A stretch of DNA of 64,000 bases from Flavobacteriales bacterium (GTDB lineage: Bacteria; Bacteroidota; Bacteroidia; Flavobacteriales_F; PHOS-HE28). Positions 8,374-17,728 of this stretch are shown piece after piece (within the stretch, counting starts at the first letter, position 1; each line of letters starts with the position of its first letter). Under the pieces are notes generated by a model that saw only the letters and a list, made by a program, of their open reading frames with translations, did no database searches and was not told where the DNA came from. The stretch is from NCBI GenBank assembly GCA_031411095.1, contig JANOAK010000006.1:11342-75341 (forward strand). Direction: 5' to 3'. A program made the position numbers and the translations under genes.

Positions 8374-10551
8374 CTATGGATGCGGCTGGATCACCGAATC
8401 GATGTAGTCCAGCACCTTGGTGTACAAGTGCAGACGATCCTTGCCCCGCACGTTATGCCCATGCCCTGGATAGGCAAAGAAGTCGACCTGCACGCCCTTT
8501 TCTACACAGTTCTTGAGGAAGGTGAGGCTGTGTTCGGGAAGCACCGTATCGTCCATATCGCCCGTGATCACAAGCAGGCGGTCCTTCAACTCCCCGGCCT
8601 TCGCCGGATTCGCCGTGGTCGCATAGCCGTCCGGATTCTCCGAGGGTGTGTCCATGTAGCGTTCGGTGTACATCACCTCGTACATGCTCCAGTCCATGAC
8701 GGGTCCGCCGGCCACACCCACCTTGAAGGTGCCCGGTGAACGCAGCAGCATGGCGGTGGTCACATGACCGCCGAAGCTCCAGCCATGAACGGCGATGCGC
8801 GTGGCATCAACATAAGGCAGGCTCTTAAGGTACTCCACGCTTTTCAGCTGATCCTTCACCTCCACCACACCCAGTTGGCGGTGAATGACCTGTTCGAAGT
8901 CGCGGCCGCGGTTCTCGCTACCATGGCCGTCCACGGTGAAGACGAGGTACCCGCGTTGCGCCGCGTTCATCATCCACAGCGATCCACCGCCGAGGTAGGA
9001 GTTGGTGACCAGCTGCACATGCGGGCCGTTGTACACGTAGATGAGCACCGGATACGATCCCCGGCTGTCGAACCCTTTGGGTTTGATAAGGCGGGCGTTC
9101 AATCGATCGCCGTTCTCGCCGGGAATGCTGAGCAGTTCGATCGTGCCCGTGTTGTAACCCGCCAGCGGCTCACGACTGGTCACCAGCGTCTTCATGACGG
9201 CACCTTTCGTTGCATCGCGTAGATCGATCCGGCCAGGCACCGTGGTGCTGCTCCAGTTGTCGATGAGGTAACGGCCGTTGCTGCTCAGCTGCGCGTGGTG
9301 CGTGCCGGGTTCGCGGGTCAAGCGCGTGGTGCGACCGTTAGCAAGTTCAACGCGGTACAGATGCGTTTCCATGGCGCCTTTCGGATCCTTCGGGTCGATG
9401 AGGTCGGTGCCCTCCACGAACACGTTACCGCTCTTCTCATCCACCTCGATGATACGCTGCACCACCCAGTTGCCCTTGGTCAGCTGGCGGATCAGCCCGG
9501 CCTTCAGATCATACAGGTACAGGTGCATCCATCCGTCCTTCTGGCTCCAATGGATGTACTGGCTTGGGCTCTTCTTTAGGAAGGTCAGGGGATGTAAGGG
9601 CTCCAGCCACTTGGTGTCCTGCTCCTCGATCAGCGTGCGCAGGGCCTTGCCGGACGTGGCGTCGTACTGCACAACGCTGAGGTGGTCCGTTGCGCGGTTG
9701 AGGTGGATGACGAATACGTACGTTCCGGCAGGATCCCAGCTGATGTTGGTGAGGTAGTCATCGGTGGCGCCGCTGGTCTTCAGGAACAGCGTGCTCTTCG
9801 TGGCGAGGTCGTAGATCCCCAGCGTCACCGTGTGGCTCGCCTGGCCCGCCATGGGGTAGCGGATCTTCTTGAAGGTGCTCGGCTTGGTGGAGATGTCCTC
9901 CAGCAGGTACGGGCTCACAGCACTTTCGTCCATACGATAGAAGGCGAGCTTCTGCCCGGTGGGGCTCCAGAATGTTCCTTTGGTGATGCCGTATTCCTCG
10001 CGGTGAACACTGCGACCGTTCACCACGCCATCGCTGCCGTCACTGGTCAAGCGCATCTCGGATGCCTGTGCCGTGCTGCGCAGATAGAGGTCCTCGCCCA
10101 CGGTGTATGCCATCTGCATGCCGGCATCGTCCATGTCGCTGCGTTCGGCCTTCTCATCCAGCACAAGCCGCTCGGATAGTTCACCCGAGGTGACGTTGTA
10201 GACCTGAACGCGGTCATTGTGCTCGAACCGGAACCGATCGGCCGTTTCCCATGTGATGGCAGGAACGTTCTTCATGGCCGCCTCCTTCGGCTGGCCCGCA
10301 TTCAACTTCGCGAGGTCGACGATCGGCAGATCGGCCATCTTGCCGATGCCACCGCGCATCAGCACGTTCTCACGCACAAAGCTGTACTGTTCGGTCCCGG
10401 TGATCCACTGCAGCCCGTTCAGCCGGTCCGGACCGAGGTCGCTGAACGACCGCAGGATCGCATCCTTCAGCGGAAGGTCCTTGGGTTTCTCCTGTGCAGG
10501 AAGAAGGAAGGGTAGGAGGGCAACGAACGGAAGAAGGAGGAGCCTGCGCAT
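8374..10551 (-). CDS. Dipeptidyl/prolyl peptidase IV (S9B family)
   Basis: Catalytic GWSFGG, DDTV and GHGH; YNGPHVQLV; YTERYMDTP; propeller YPMAG motif; signal peptide. Confidence 0.9.
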   Translation of the reverse strand: MRRLLLLPFVALLPFLLPAQEKPKDLPLKDAILRSFSDLGPDRLNGLQWITGTEQYSFVRENVLMRGGIGKMADLPIVDLAKLNAGQPKEAAMKNVPAITWETADRFRFEHNDRVQVYNVTSGELSERLVLDEKAERSDMDDAGMQMAYTVGEDLYLRSTAQASEMRLTSDGSDGVVNGRSVHREEYGITKGTFWSPTGQKLAFYRMDESAVSPYLLEDISTKPSTFKKIRYPMAGQASHTVTLGIYDLATKSTLFLKTSGATDDYLTNISWDPAGTYVFVIHLNRATDHLSVVQYDATSGKALRTLIEEQDTKWLEPLHPLTFLKKSPSQYIHWSQKDGWMHLYLYDLKAGLIRQLTKGNWVVQRIIEVDEKSGNVFVEGTDLIDPKDPKGAMETHLYRVELANGRTTRLTREPGTHHAQLSSNGRYLIDNWSSTTVPGRIDLRDATKGAVMKTLVTSREPLAGYNTGTIELLSIPGENGDRLNARLIKPKGFDSRGSYPVLIYVYNGPHVQLVTNSYLGGGSLWMMNAAQRGYLVFTVDGHGSENRGRDFEQVIHRQLGVVEVKDQLKSVEYLKSLPYVDATRIAVHGWSFGGHVTTAMLLRSPGTFKVGVAGGPVMDWSMYEVMYTERYMDTPSENPDGYATTANPAKAGELKDRLLVITGDMDDTVLPEHSLTFLKNCVEKGVQVDFFAYPGHGHNVRGKDRLHLYTKVLDYIDSVIQPHP

Positions 10552-10646
10552 GCGCGGTCGGGTTTCAATTACCCTGCCACACGGCAGGGGATCGGCGCGA
10601 AGATGGGAAGGAGCGGCACATGCACACGTCCAGCGTCAACAACCCG

Positions 10647-11732
10647 TTACTGGGGCGGTCCGAACGCAGGGTTGTTGAGGAAGCCCTCATCGCTCAATGC
10701 GCGCAAGAAGGCTACGAGGTCCGCTTCGTCCTGCGCGTCCAGGTTCACCAGGCCGAACCGCCAAGGGTCCATGTGCCCATCGATGTGCGGGTTGTTGATC
10801 TGCACATCGTGCGCATAGAAGCTCACCACCTGCTCGAGCGTGGTAAAGCGCGAATCGTGCATGTACGGCGCCGTTCGGGCTATGTTCCGCAAGGTGGGCA
10901 CCTTGAACTTGCCCACGTCGTTGGGGTTACCCGTGATCGCTCCGAAGCCGCTGTCCACCGGGTTCATATCCAGCCCGTTGTTCCGCAGGCCATGGTCCAC
11001 CAGCAGTGGTTCGCTATGGCAGTCCACACAATGCCCGTCGCGCATGAAGACGTCCAGCCCCCGTTGTTCCTGCGCGTTGAGCGCGGTGCTGTCGCCGAGG
11101 TACTGGAAGCGGTCGAAGGGTGAGTTGAACGAGATCAGCGTGCGCTCGAACTGGGCGATGGCCTTCACCACCTGGGTGCTGTCGATCGGTGTGGTGCCGA
11201 AGGCTTTCGCGAACATCTGCACGTAGTCAGGATCATCCTGCAGGCGCTGCACCACAACAGGCCACGTGTTGCGCATTTCGATCGGGTTGGTCACCGGATC
11301 GTGGGCCTGATCTTCGAGCGTATGGCGTCTGCCATCCCAGAAGAAGTGGTCGTCCCAGCCCAGGTTGATCACCGCCATGGCATTGCGCGAGCCGGTGGCG
11401 CCGTTCGTACCCACGCTCAACGCCAGGCTGTCGCTGAAACCGCTCTGTTGCGCGTGACAGCTGGCGCAGCTCTGCGTGTAGTTGTCGCTGAGCAACGGAT
11501 CATAGAACAGTTTGCGGCCCAGGGCGATGCCTTCCACCGTGAGCGGGTTGTTCGGCGAGGGCAGCATGGGTCCGATGCTGTCCAGCACCCACTGGGGCAC
11601 GTTCGCCGAGGCGGGCGTTGGGCCATTTCCCGGAACTTCCGGCTCCGCTGGATCTTTGCGGCAGGCCACCATCACACCGATCAGGCCGATGATGAGCATT
11701 ATAGCCGAAGGGCGGAGCAAGGGGGGGCGCAT
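10647..11732 (-). CDS. Di-heme cytochrome c peroxidase/MauG family lipoprotein (MbnH/MauG-like)
   Basis: CASCH and CVDCH; LGRKLFYDP.LS, FWDGR and FKVPTLRNIARTAPYMHD motifs; lipobox-like MVAC. Confidence 0.85.
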   Translation of the reverse strand: MRPPLLRPSAIMLIIGLIGVMVACRKDPAEPEVPGNGPTPASANVPQWVLDSIGPMLPSPNNPLTVEGIALGRKLFYDPLLSDNYTQSCASCHAQQSGFSDSLALSVGTNGATGSRNAMAVINLGWDDHFFWDGRRHTLEDQAHDPVTNPIEMRNTWPVVVQRLQDDPDYVQMFAKAFGTTPIDSTQVVKAIAQFERTLISFNSPFDRFQYLGDSTALNAQEQRGLDVFMRDGHCVDCHSEPLLVDHGLRNNGLDMNPVDSGFGAITGNPNDVGKFKVPTLRNIARTAPYMHDSRFTTLEQVVSFYAHDVQINNPHIDGHMDPWRFGLVNLDAQDEADLVAFLRALSDEGFLNNPAFGPPQ

Positions 11733-11797
11733 GGCCGCAAGATCGCACAGATCGGACGTGTCCGATACGCAGCTTGGCTTCGACCTTGGGATCCCGA

Positions 11798-12835
11798 TCA
11801 GATGATGTTCACCTCCCGCTCCAGCTCCACGCCGAACTTCTCCTTCACGCTGGCCAGGATCCGGGTGCTGAGGTCATAGACCTGATGACCGGTGGCACCG
11901 CCATGGTTCACCAGGACCAAGGCCTGGTCCTTGTGCACGCCGTAGCCACCTGCCTGACCGGTAGGCAGGTTTTCCCGGAAGCCTTTCCAACCGGCCTTTT
12001 CGATCAGTTGGCCCGCTGCCAGTTTTACGTGTCCCGGTCCCGCCGGGTAGCTCACCAGATCTGGGAGGATCGCCCGCACCTTCACTGCTTCCGCTTCCGT
12101 GATCGTGGGATTCTTGAAGAAGCTGCCGGCGTTCCCGAGCACGCGGAAGTCGGGCAGTTTATTGCTGCGGATGGCGATCACCGCATTGCTCACATCGCGG
12201 ATGGTGGGGGAGGTGATGCCGTGCTTCTCCAACTCGTGCTTCACGCTGCCGTAGCCGACGTTCAGCTGCGGATGCTTGCTGAGCTTGAAGGCCACGTTCA
12301 TGATCACGAAGCGGTCGCGCCCTTCGCGTTTGAAGAAGCTTTCGCGATAACCGAAGCGGCAATCCGCAGCATTGAAACGGATCACTTCGCCGTCGCTGAT
12401 GCGCAAGGCCTCCAGGTGATCGAAGGTGTCCTTCAACTCTTGGCCGTATGCGCCGATGTTCTGCATCGGCCCTGCACCCACGCGGCCCGGGATCAGCGAC
12501 ATGTTCTCGATGCCGCCCCAGCCCTTAGCTACGGCGTGCATCACCAGATCGTGCCAGACCACACCCGCACCGGCGCGCAAGGTCACCGTGTCATCGTCCT
12601 CCGCGATCACATCCAGGCCGGGAACGCTGTTATGCAGCACCACGCCGGGCCAGTCGCGCGTGAAGAGCATGTTACTGCCGCCGCCCAACACCAGCCGTTC
12701 CAGCCCTTGCAGTTCCGGATGCTTCAGCAGGGCCCGCAGCTCATCGGCCGTGGCAAAAGCCGCCAGGGCAGCGGCACGACAGCTGACGCCGAAGGTGTTG
12801 AAGGGTCGCAGGTCGACGTTGCGCTGGATGGTCAT
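11798..12835 (-). CDS. murB: UDP-N-acetylenolpyruvoylglucosamine reductase
   Basis: FNTFG, LGGGSN, IPGRVGAGPMQNIGAYG, FGYRES, GNAGSFFKNP and QALVLVN motifs. Start at ATG 12835 or 12853. Confidence 0.95.
   Translation of the reverse strand: MTIQRNVDLRPFNTFGVSCRAAALAAFATADELRALLKHPELQGLERLVLGGGSNMLFTRDWPGVVLHNSVPGLDVIAEDDDTVTLRAGAGVVWHDLVMHAVAKGWGGIENMSLIPGRVGAGPMQNIGAYGQELKDTFDHLEALRISDGEVIRFNAADCRFGYRESFFKREGRDRFVIMNVAFKLSKHPQLNVGYGSVKHELEKHGITSPTIRDVSNAVIAIRSNKLPDFRVLGNAGSFFKNPTITEAEAVKVRAILPDLVSYPAGPGHVKLAAGQLIEKAGWKGFRENLPTGQAGGYGVHKDQALVLVNHGGATGHQVYDLSTRILASVKEKFGVELEREVNII
11949..11969. repeat. 21-nt palindromic miniature element inserted in frame in murB
   Basis: CCTGCCTGACCGGTAGGCAGG, a near-perfect hairpin adding 7 codons; a degenerate copy lies at 18903-18923. 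Confidence 0.75.
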
Positions 12836-13251
12836 GGACGGCAAGTTTACCATGATGGATGAGCGCTCCTGTCCAACTTCCGGAATGCGTTCTAACGGTC
12901 AAGTGTTTGCAGCTTGACCGTGATGTTACGAGCTCAGTGAGGGTCATCGCATCAGTCCATCAACGCCGAACACGCCGCTCGGCGGAACAAGTTTGCACGA
13001 TATCCTCTCAGTTCATAACCGATTCATACCCGGTTCACAACTTCTTCCAAGATAATTAGAATACCGACAAAAGAGTACTTCACTTCGTTGGCCATGGAAT
13101 TCCTTGCTGCTTTCCGACCTGCTGATATGGCCAGCGTAACGCCCCCCCTGGGCAAGCAGGGCTTTCGGAGCATAGCTGTATATCTGGGCCGTATGCCACC
13201 ACTGCAACCGAACGCAGCGCGTACCTTCTCGGCATCAAACACCCTGATGCC

Positions 13252-14244
13252 ATGAAGACCGTGTTCCTCTTTTTTGCCAGCTTCCTCTTTGGTGGTATGT
13301 GTAATGCGCAGAATCTGGTGCCAAACGGAAGTTTTGAGGAGTATGATATCTGCCCTGAATTTGGAAGTTATGCGCAGTATGCTACAGGTTGGTTGAACCT
13401 GCACACAAGTTCTGCGGACTACTACAACCGGTGTCAGGAAAATCTCGTGGTGGGCGTGCCATTCAATACAGCTGGTTATCAGGAGCCGTCGGATGGTGAT
13501 GCTTACGTCGGCTTGGCAACCACATTCCCGGGCTTGGATTGGTACCGCGAAATAGTGGGCATAACATTGGCGGAACCATTACAGGTAGGTGTCCCTGTTT
13601 GCTTGTCCTTCAAGATGGCCTTAGGCGGTTTCGGGTCTTGGAGTGGCAACTCAGCCATATTCACCTCGAAGGGACTGGGTATGCGCTTCTTCCATGAATT
13701 CCCGACAGATTGGCCTGCATACCTGTATCCGAACTCGGCTGCGCTCTCCATGGAAGTGGTGCCGACGGATACGGCCATTTGGTACTTGGTAAGTGGTAAG
13801 TACACGCCTGATTCAAACTACACGCACTTGGCCATTGGTAACTCCTTTGCCGATTCACTCAGCATGATATCGGAGATGGATACATCCGGTTTTGGCGGAT
13901 GGGGTGTATCGTATGCATTCATTGACGACGTGCGCGTGTCTTATGATCTCCAGTACTGCACGAGCACTGGTATGGATGAGCGTCAAGTGACTGGTCGTGT
14001 AATGATTTGGCCAAACCCCTGCGTAGATCGCTTCACGCTGCTGGTGCCAAGGCCTAGGAACGGAATGATGCACTGGGAGCTACATGATCTCTGGGGGAAA
14101 CAAGTGATGGCAGGTATCAATGCTACAGGCGCGGCGCGCGTGGAAATTTCAACTGGTCATCTTGCGCAAGGAGCCTACATCCTTCGCGTGAACGATAGTA
14201 CTGGTGCCTACGCACCGGTCCGTTTGGTTTCTGTTTCACCCTAA
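13252..14244 (+). CDS. Secreted protein with NLVPNGSFE (CBM-like) domain and T9SS type A CTD
   Basis: Signal peptide ending NA-Q; NLVPNGSFEEY...YREIVG..LAEPL...AIGN...YAFIDDV; IWPNP...LAQGAYILRV. GC is lower than in flanking genes. Confidence 0.75.
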   Translation: MKTVFLFFASFLFGGMCNAQNLVPNGSFEEYDICPEFGSYAQYATGWLNLHTSSADYYNRCQENLVVGVPFNTAGYQEPSDGDAYVGLATTFPGLDWYREIVGITLAEPLQVGVPVCLSFKMALGGFGSWSGNSAIFTSKGLGMRFFHEFPTDWPAYLYPNSAALSMEVVPTDTAIWYLVSGKYTPDSNYTHLAIGNSFADSLSMISEMDTSGFGGWGVSYAFIDDVRVSYDLQYCTSTGMDERQVTGRVMIWPNPCVDRFTLLVPRPRNGMMHWELHDLWGKQVMAGINATGAARVEISTGHLAQGAYILRVNDSTGAYAPVRLVSVSP

Positions 14245-14255
14245 CACGTTTGATC

Positions 14256-15212
14256 ATGAACAGACGACGATCTCGGCTCTTGGGTTTCGCGATGCTCGGT
14301 ATAACCGGCATGGCACACGCCCAGAATGACGGCGACCATTTGATCACTAATCTAGGTGGGCAATCGTCGCTTGCAACGGATCTGCAGGTGCCCGTTGCAC
14401 CGGTGAATTTGACCGTGGGCACAACGCCGGGCTTGGGTGCCACCCTCCGCGTACGCGGGGATCAATTGGTAGTGCCTGATCTGGACCCATTGCAAGCCAG
14501 TATGCGGTGTACGTTCCGTACAGACGTGCTCTCCGGAGCACCGCAGTCGTGGCGAATGTACCGGGATGTGAACCGGATAGGGGCGATCTGGAACGAGGGC
14601 AATCACCGCGTATGGCATGTGCAAGCCCTGGAGAACCGCGACGTGGGCCAAGACCGATACAGTGGGTTGATGTTGCAGAACGACGCGAGTGATGGAATTT
14701 GGGTGATGAACGCTGGCGGACCCACGGGCGCGCGCGCGTTCCCGGTACCGGCCACGCAGGTGTTGGATGCAGTTGGTTATGCTGGGCTGGGTTCACGACC
14801 TCCCATGCTACCTGGCGGTACAAGCCCAAGGGGACCTTGGTCCCGCTTGCATTTGTTCCATGACGTTATGGGTACACGGCCAGAATTCGCGTTCCGGCCA
14901 CAAATGCTCAATGGCATCACGCTTACCGGTAATAGCGACCTGGCGTACATGGGCCAGTGGTTCGATCATGGAACAAGTGGCACTGGGCCCGAAGTGGATG
15001 ACCGCAGCAACTTGGTTATAGCCACTAGCGAGAATGCTCTGGCGCCAGGCAATACGTATTGGGATAATATCAGTTTCCGGTATTTCGGCAACTTGACCAC
15101 CACCGCCGATGGATCGGCGAGTACGGTCGGGGGCTTGGAAATGATGCGCATCCAACCTTACCGGGCTACTGCCGCAGATCCCATTCAAGGTTTGGTCTTG
15201 GTGATTGGCTGA
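14256..15212 (+). pseudogene. N-terminal fragment of a frameshifted secreted tail-fibre-like protein
   Basis: Signal peptide (AHA-Q). The frame stops at 15212, but the -1 frame from about 15194 continues GLGDWLNSLSVPSQRLD into the next ORF. Confidence 0.6.
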
Positions 15213-16537
15213 ACTCACTGTCAGTGCCATCGCAGCGTTTGGATCTCCTTACCGGAAAACTGCGCATCCGTGAGTTGCCTACGGATGTCGAAATGAACGC
15301 CGCAACCAAAGCCATGGTAGTGGACGCCACAGCTGTGGTTGGTTGGCGTACGTTCCCGACAGGCGGCGGTGGCAACAATTGTACGTGGGAGCTGAATAAC
15401 AGCCATGTGGTTACAGCCTATGCGCCGGTGAACACGAACGGCATTTGTCCGGAGGTCGATAACAATGTGGGCATCGGGGTGGCCTTCCCGGTCGCCGCCA
15501 AGTTGCACGTGTCGCGGGTGGCCACTGTGGCCGGTGATCAAGGAGGCATTCTCAGCACGCTTACCGCCCCTGGAACGAACAACGGCACCAGTGGGAATAT
15601 CAGCACCTCGATCAGCGGAAATATCACGGGTAGCGGTTTTGGTGTGTGCGGGGCTCAGGGGGTCGCCGCCACGGATGGCAGTTCAACGCAATACCTGACC
15701 GGTGCATCGGGTCAGGCGGATGGGGGGAGTAACGTCGCTGAAACGATCGGGCTATTTGGTCGCGCGAACAGTGCGGGAGTGGCCTACGGCGTGAAGGGAT
15801 CCACCACGGGGAACAACCCGCTTTCCCGGGCAGGGTATTTTGTTGGGCAATTGGAATGCACTGGCGCATTCACACAAGGGTCGGACGAGAACCTGAAGGA
15901 GAACATCACCGAGCTGAGCGGAGCATTGGCCATCCTGAGCCAGTTGCAACCGAAGAGGTACAATTTCCGCTGTTCCGATCCGCAACTGGCCCACATGAAC
16001 CTGCCGCTCGGCCAGAAGTTCGGCCTTATTGCGCAAGATGTCCAGGAGGTCCTTCCGGAATTGGTCTACGATTCACACCATGGAGCCGGGTTTGCCACCG
16101 ATGGCACCTGCACTGGTCCGGCCGTGGATTACAAAAGTCTGGACTACATCTCCCTCATTCCCCTCTTGATCGGCGCGGTGCAAGAGATGAAGGCTCAACT
16201 GGATGCCTGCTGCGAAGCGGACCAGCGTGAGAGTTTGCCCCCAGGTTCCTCTGCTCCAGCAGAGGCCCTGAGAACCGAACGCCTGTCCATCGACCCCAAT
16301 CCCTTCACCACAAGCACTACCCTTCGCTACTACTTATCTCAAGAGGGGCGCGCTCGCTTGGAAGTAAGTGATCAAAGCGGACGCCTGCTCGAAGTGCTTC
16401 GGGAAGAGCGTACGATGGAATGGGAGCATGCGTATGAGTGGAATACCACCAACCTTGCTACCGGCACTTACTTCGTGGCCTTGGTGGTGGATGGCAACGT
16501 GGTGGTGAAGCGCGCTGTGAAGGTGGGTGAGCGTTAG
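15194..16537 (+). pseudogene. C-terminal fragment: tail-fibre repeats, peptidase S74 chaperone domain and T9SS type A CTD
   Basis: NVGIG motif, Gly-rich stalk, SDENLKENI...LQPKRY...GLIAQDVQEVLPELV...LDYISLIPLLIGAVQE, then IDPNPF...LATGTYF...KRAVKV; no signal peptide of its own (ORF track 15224..16537). Confidence 0.7.
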
Positions 16538-16612
16538 GTTGCGAGCTGGTCATACAAGAGCCGTACGGCGGGAAAGATGGCCTGCTGTCCGGCTCTTGTT
16601 ACTTTACCCCGC

Positions 16613-17728
16613 ATGCCCGAGATCCGTCCGCGAGCCATTGTCAGTGTTACCAACGATCTGGCCACGGACAATCGCGTGCATCGCACGTGTACGGTACTGC
16701 AGCAGCTGGGGTACCACGTGCTGCTGGTGGGGCGAGAGCTTCCGGGCAGCGCTGTCATTCAGCGCAGCTATGCCACCCGCCGCTTCCGCCTGCTCTTTCA
16801 CAAGGGCCCCCTGTTCTATGCGGAAGTCAACCTGCGGCTTTTCCTTTTCCTGCTCTTCGCAAAGGCCGAACTGCTCGTGGCGAACGACTTGGATACGCTC
16901 CTCGCGAACCACCTGGCCCGGCGGGGGCGAAAGTTGGTGTACGACACGCACGAGTTCTACACCGAAGTGCCGGAATTGCTACGCAGGCCCTTCGTCCGGA
17001 GCATCTGGCTGCGCATCGAGCGGTGGATCTTCCCGAAGCTGCGGACGATCATCACGGTGAACGGCAGCATTGCCAATGCATACCGCGAGCGCTACGGCAA
17101 TGAGCTGCACGTGGTGCGCAACATCCCCATGCGGCGCGAGCTGGGACCGCTTCCATCGCGGGCCGCGCTGGACCTGCCTGCGGACAGGTTTATCCTGGTG
17201 ATGCAAGGCGCGGGCATCAACGTGGAGAGGGGTGCCGAAGAAGCGGTGCTGGCGATGAAGGAGCTTTCGGGTTGTCTGCTGCTCATCATTGGTGGTGGCG
17301 ATGCGTGGCCCGTACTACAGCGCATGGTGAAGGAGCATGCCTTTGGGGGTCGCGTTCGCCTAATGGGCAAGATGCCCTACGAACGCATGATGGACCTCAC
17401 CCGCAACGCAGACCTGGGGCTTACGCTGGACAAGGACAGCAACCTGAACTACCGCTTCAGCCTGCCCAATAAGCTCTTCGATTACCTGCACGCCGGTATA
17501 CCGGTGCTGGCCACCGACCTGCCCGAAGTGGCCGCCATTGTGCGCCAATACGACGCCGGCGTAGTGATCCCCGCCCCGGACCCCGGCCGCATCGCTACGG
17601 AGGTCAAGGCCTTGATGACTGACCCCCGTCATCTCGCCCGCTTGCGTGCCAACGCTACTTTCGCCGCCCGCGCACTGGACGGGGAGCAGGAGATGAACAA
17701 GCTGCTCGCGGTGCTCAGGAACGCTTGA
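16613..17728 (+). CDS. GT4 family glycosyltransferase
   Basis: TNDLATDNRV, ANDLDTL, YDTHE and SLPNKLFDYLHAGIPV motifs; ATG 16613. Confidence 0.85.
   Translation: MPEIRPRAIVSVTNDLATDNRVHRTCTVLQQLGYHVLLVGRELPGSAVIQRSYATRRFRLLFHKGPLFYAEVNLRLFLFLLFAKAELLVANDLDTLLANHLARRGRKLVYDTHEFYTEVPELLRRPFVRSIWLRIERWIFPKLRTIITVNGSIANAYRERYGNELHVVRNIPMRRELGPLPSRAALDLPADRFILVMQGAGINVERGAEEAVLAMKELSGCLLLIIGGGDAWPVLQRMVKEHAFGGRVRLMGKMPYERMMDLTRNADLGLTLDKDSNLNYRFSLPNKLFDYLHAGIPVLATDLPEVAAIVRQYDAGVVIPAPDPGRIATEVKALMTDPRHLARLRANATFAARALDGEQEMNKLLAVLRNA

Noticed and set aside
12859-13404. Short ORFs in the leader of the lower-GC cassette
   Set aside because: No motifs, overlapping and contradictory frames; probably non-coding promoter DNA.
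15880-16200. Tail-fibre S74 domain as evidence of a prophage
   Set aside because: No other phage genes; the protein has a Sec signal and a T9SS CTD.
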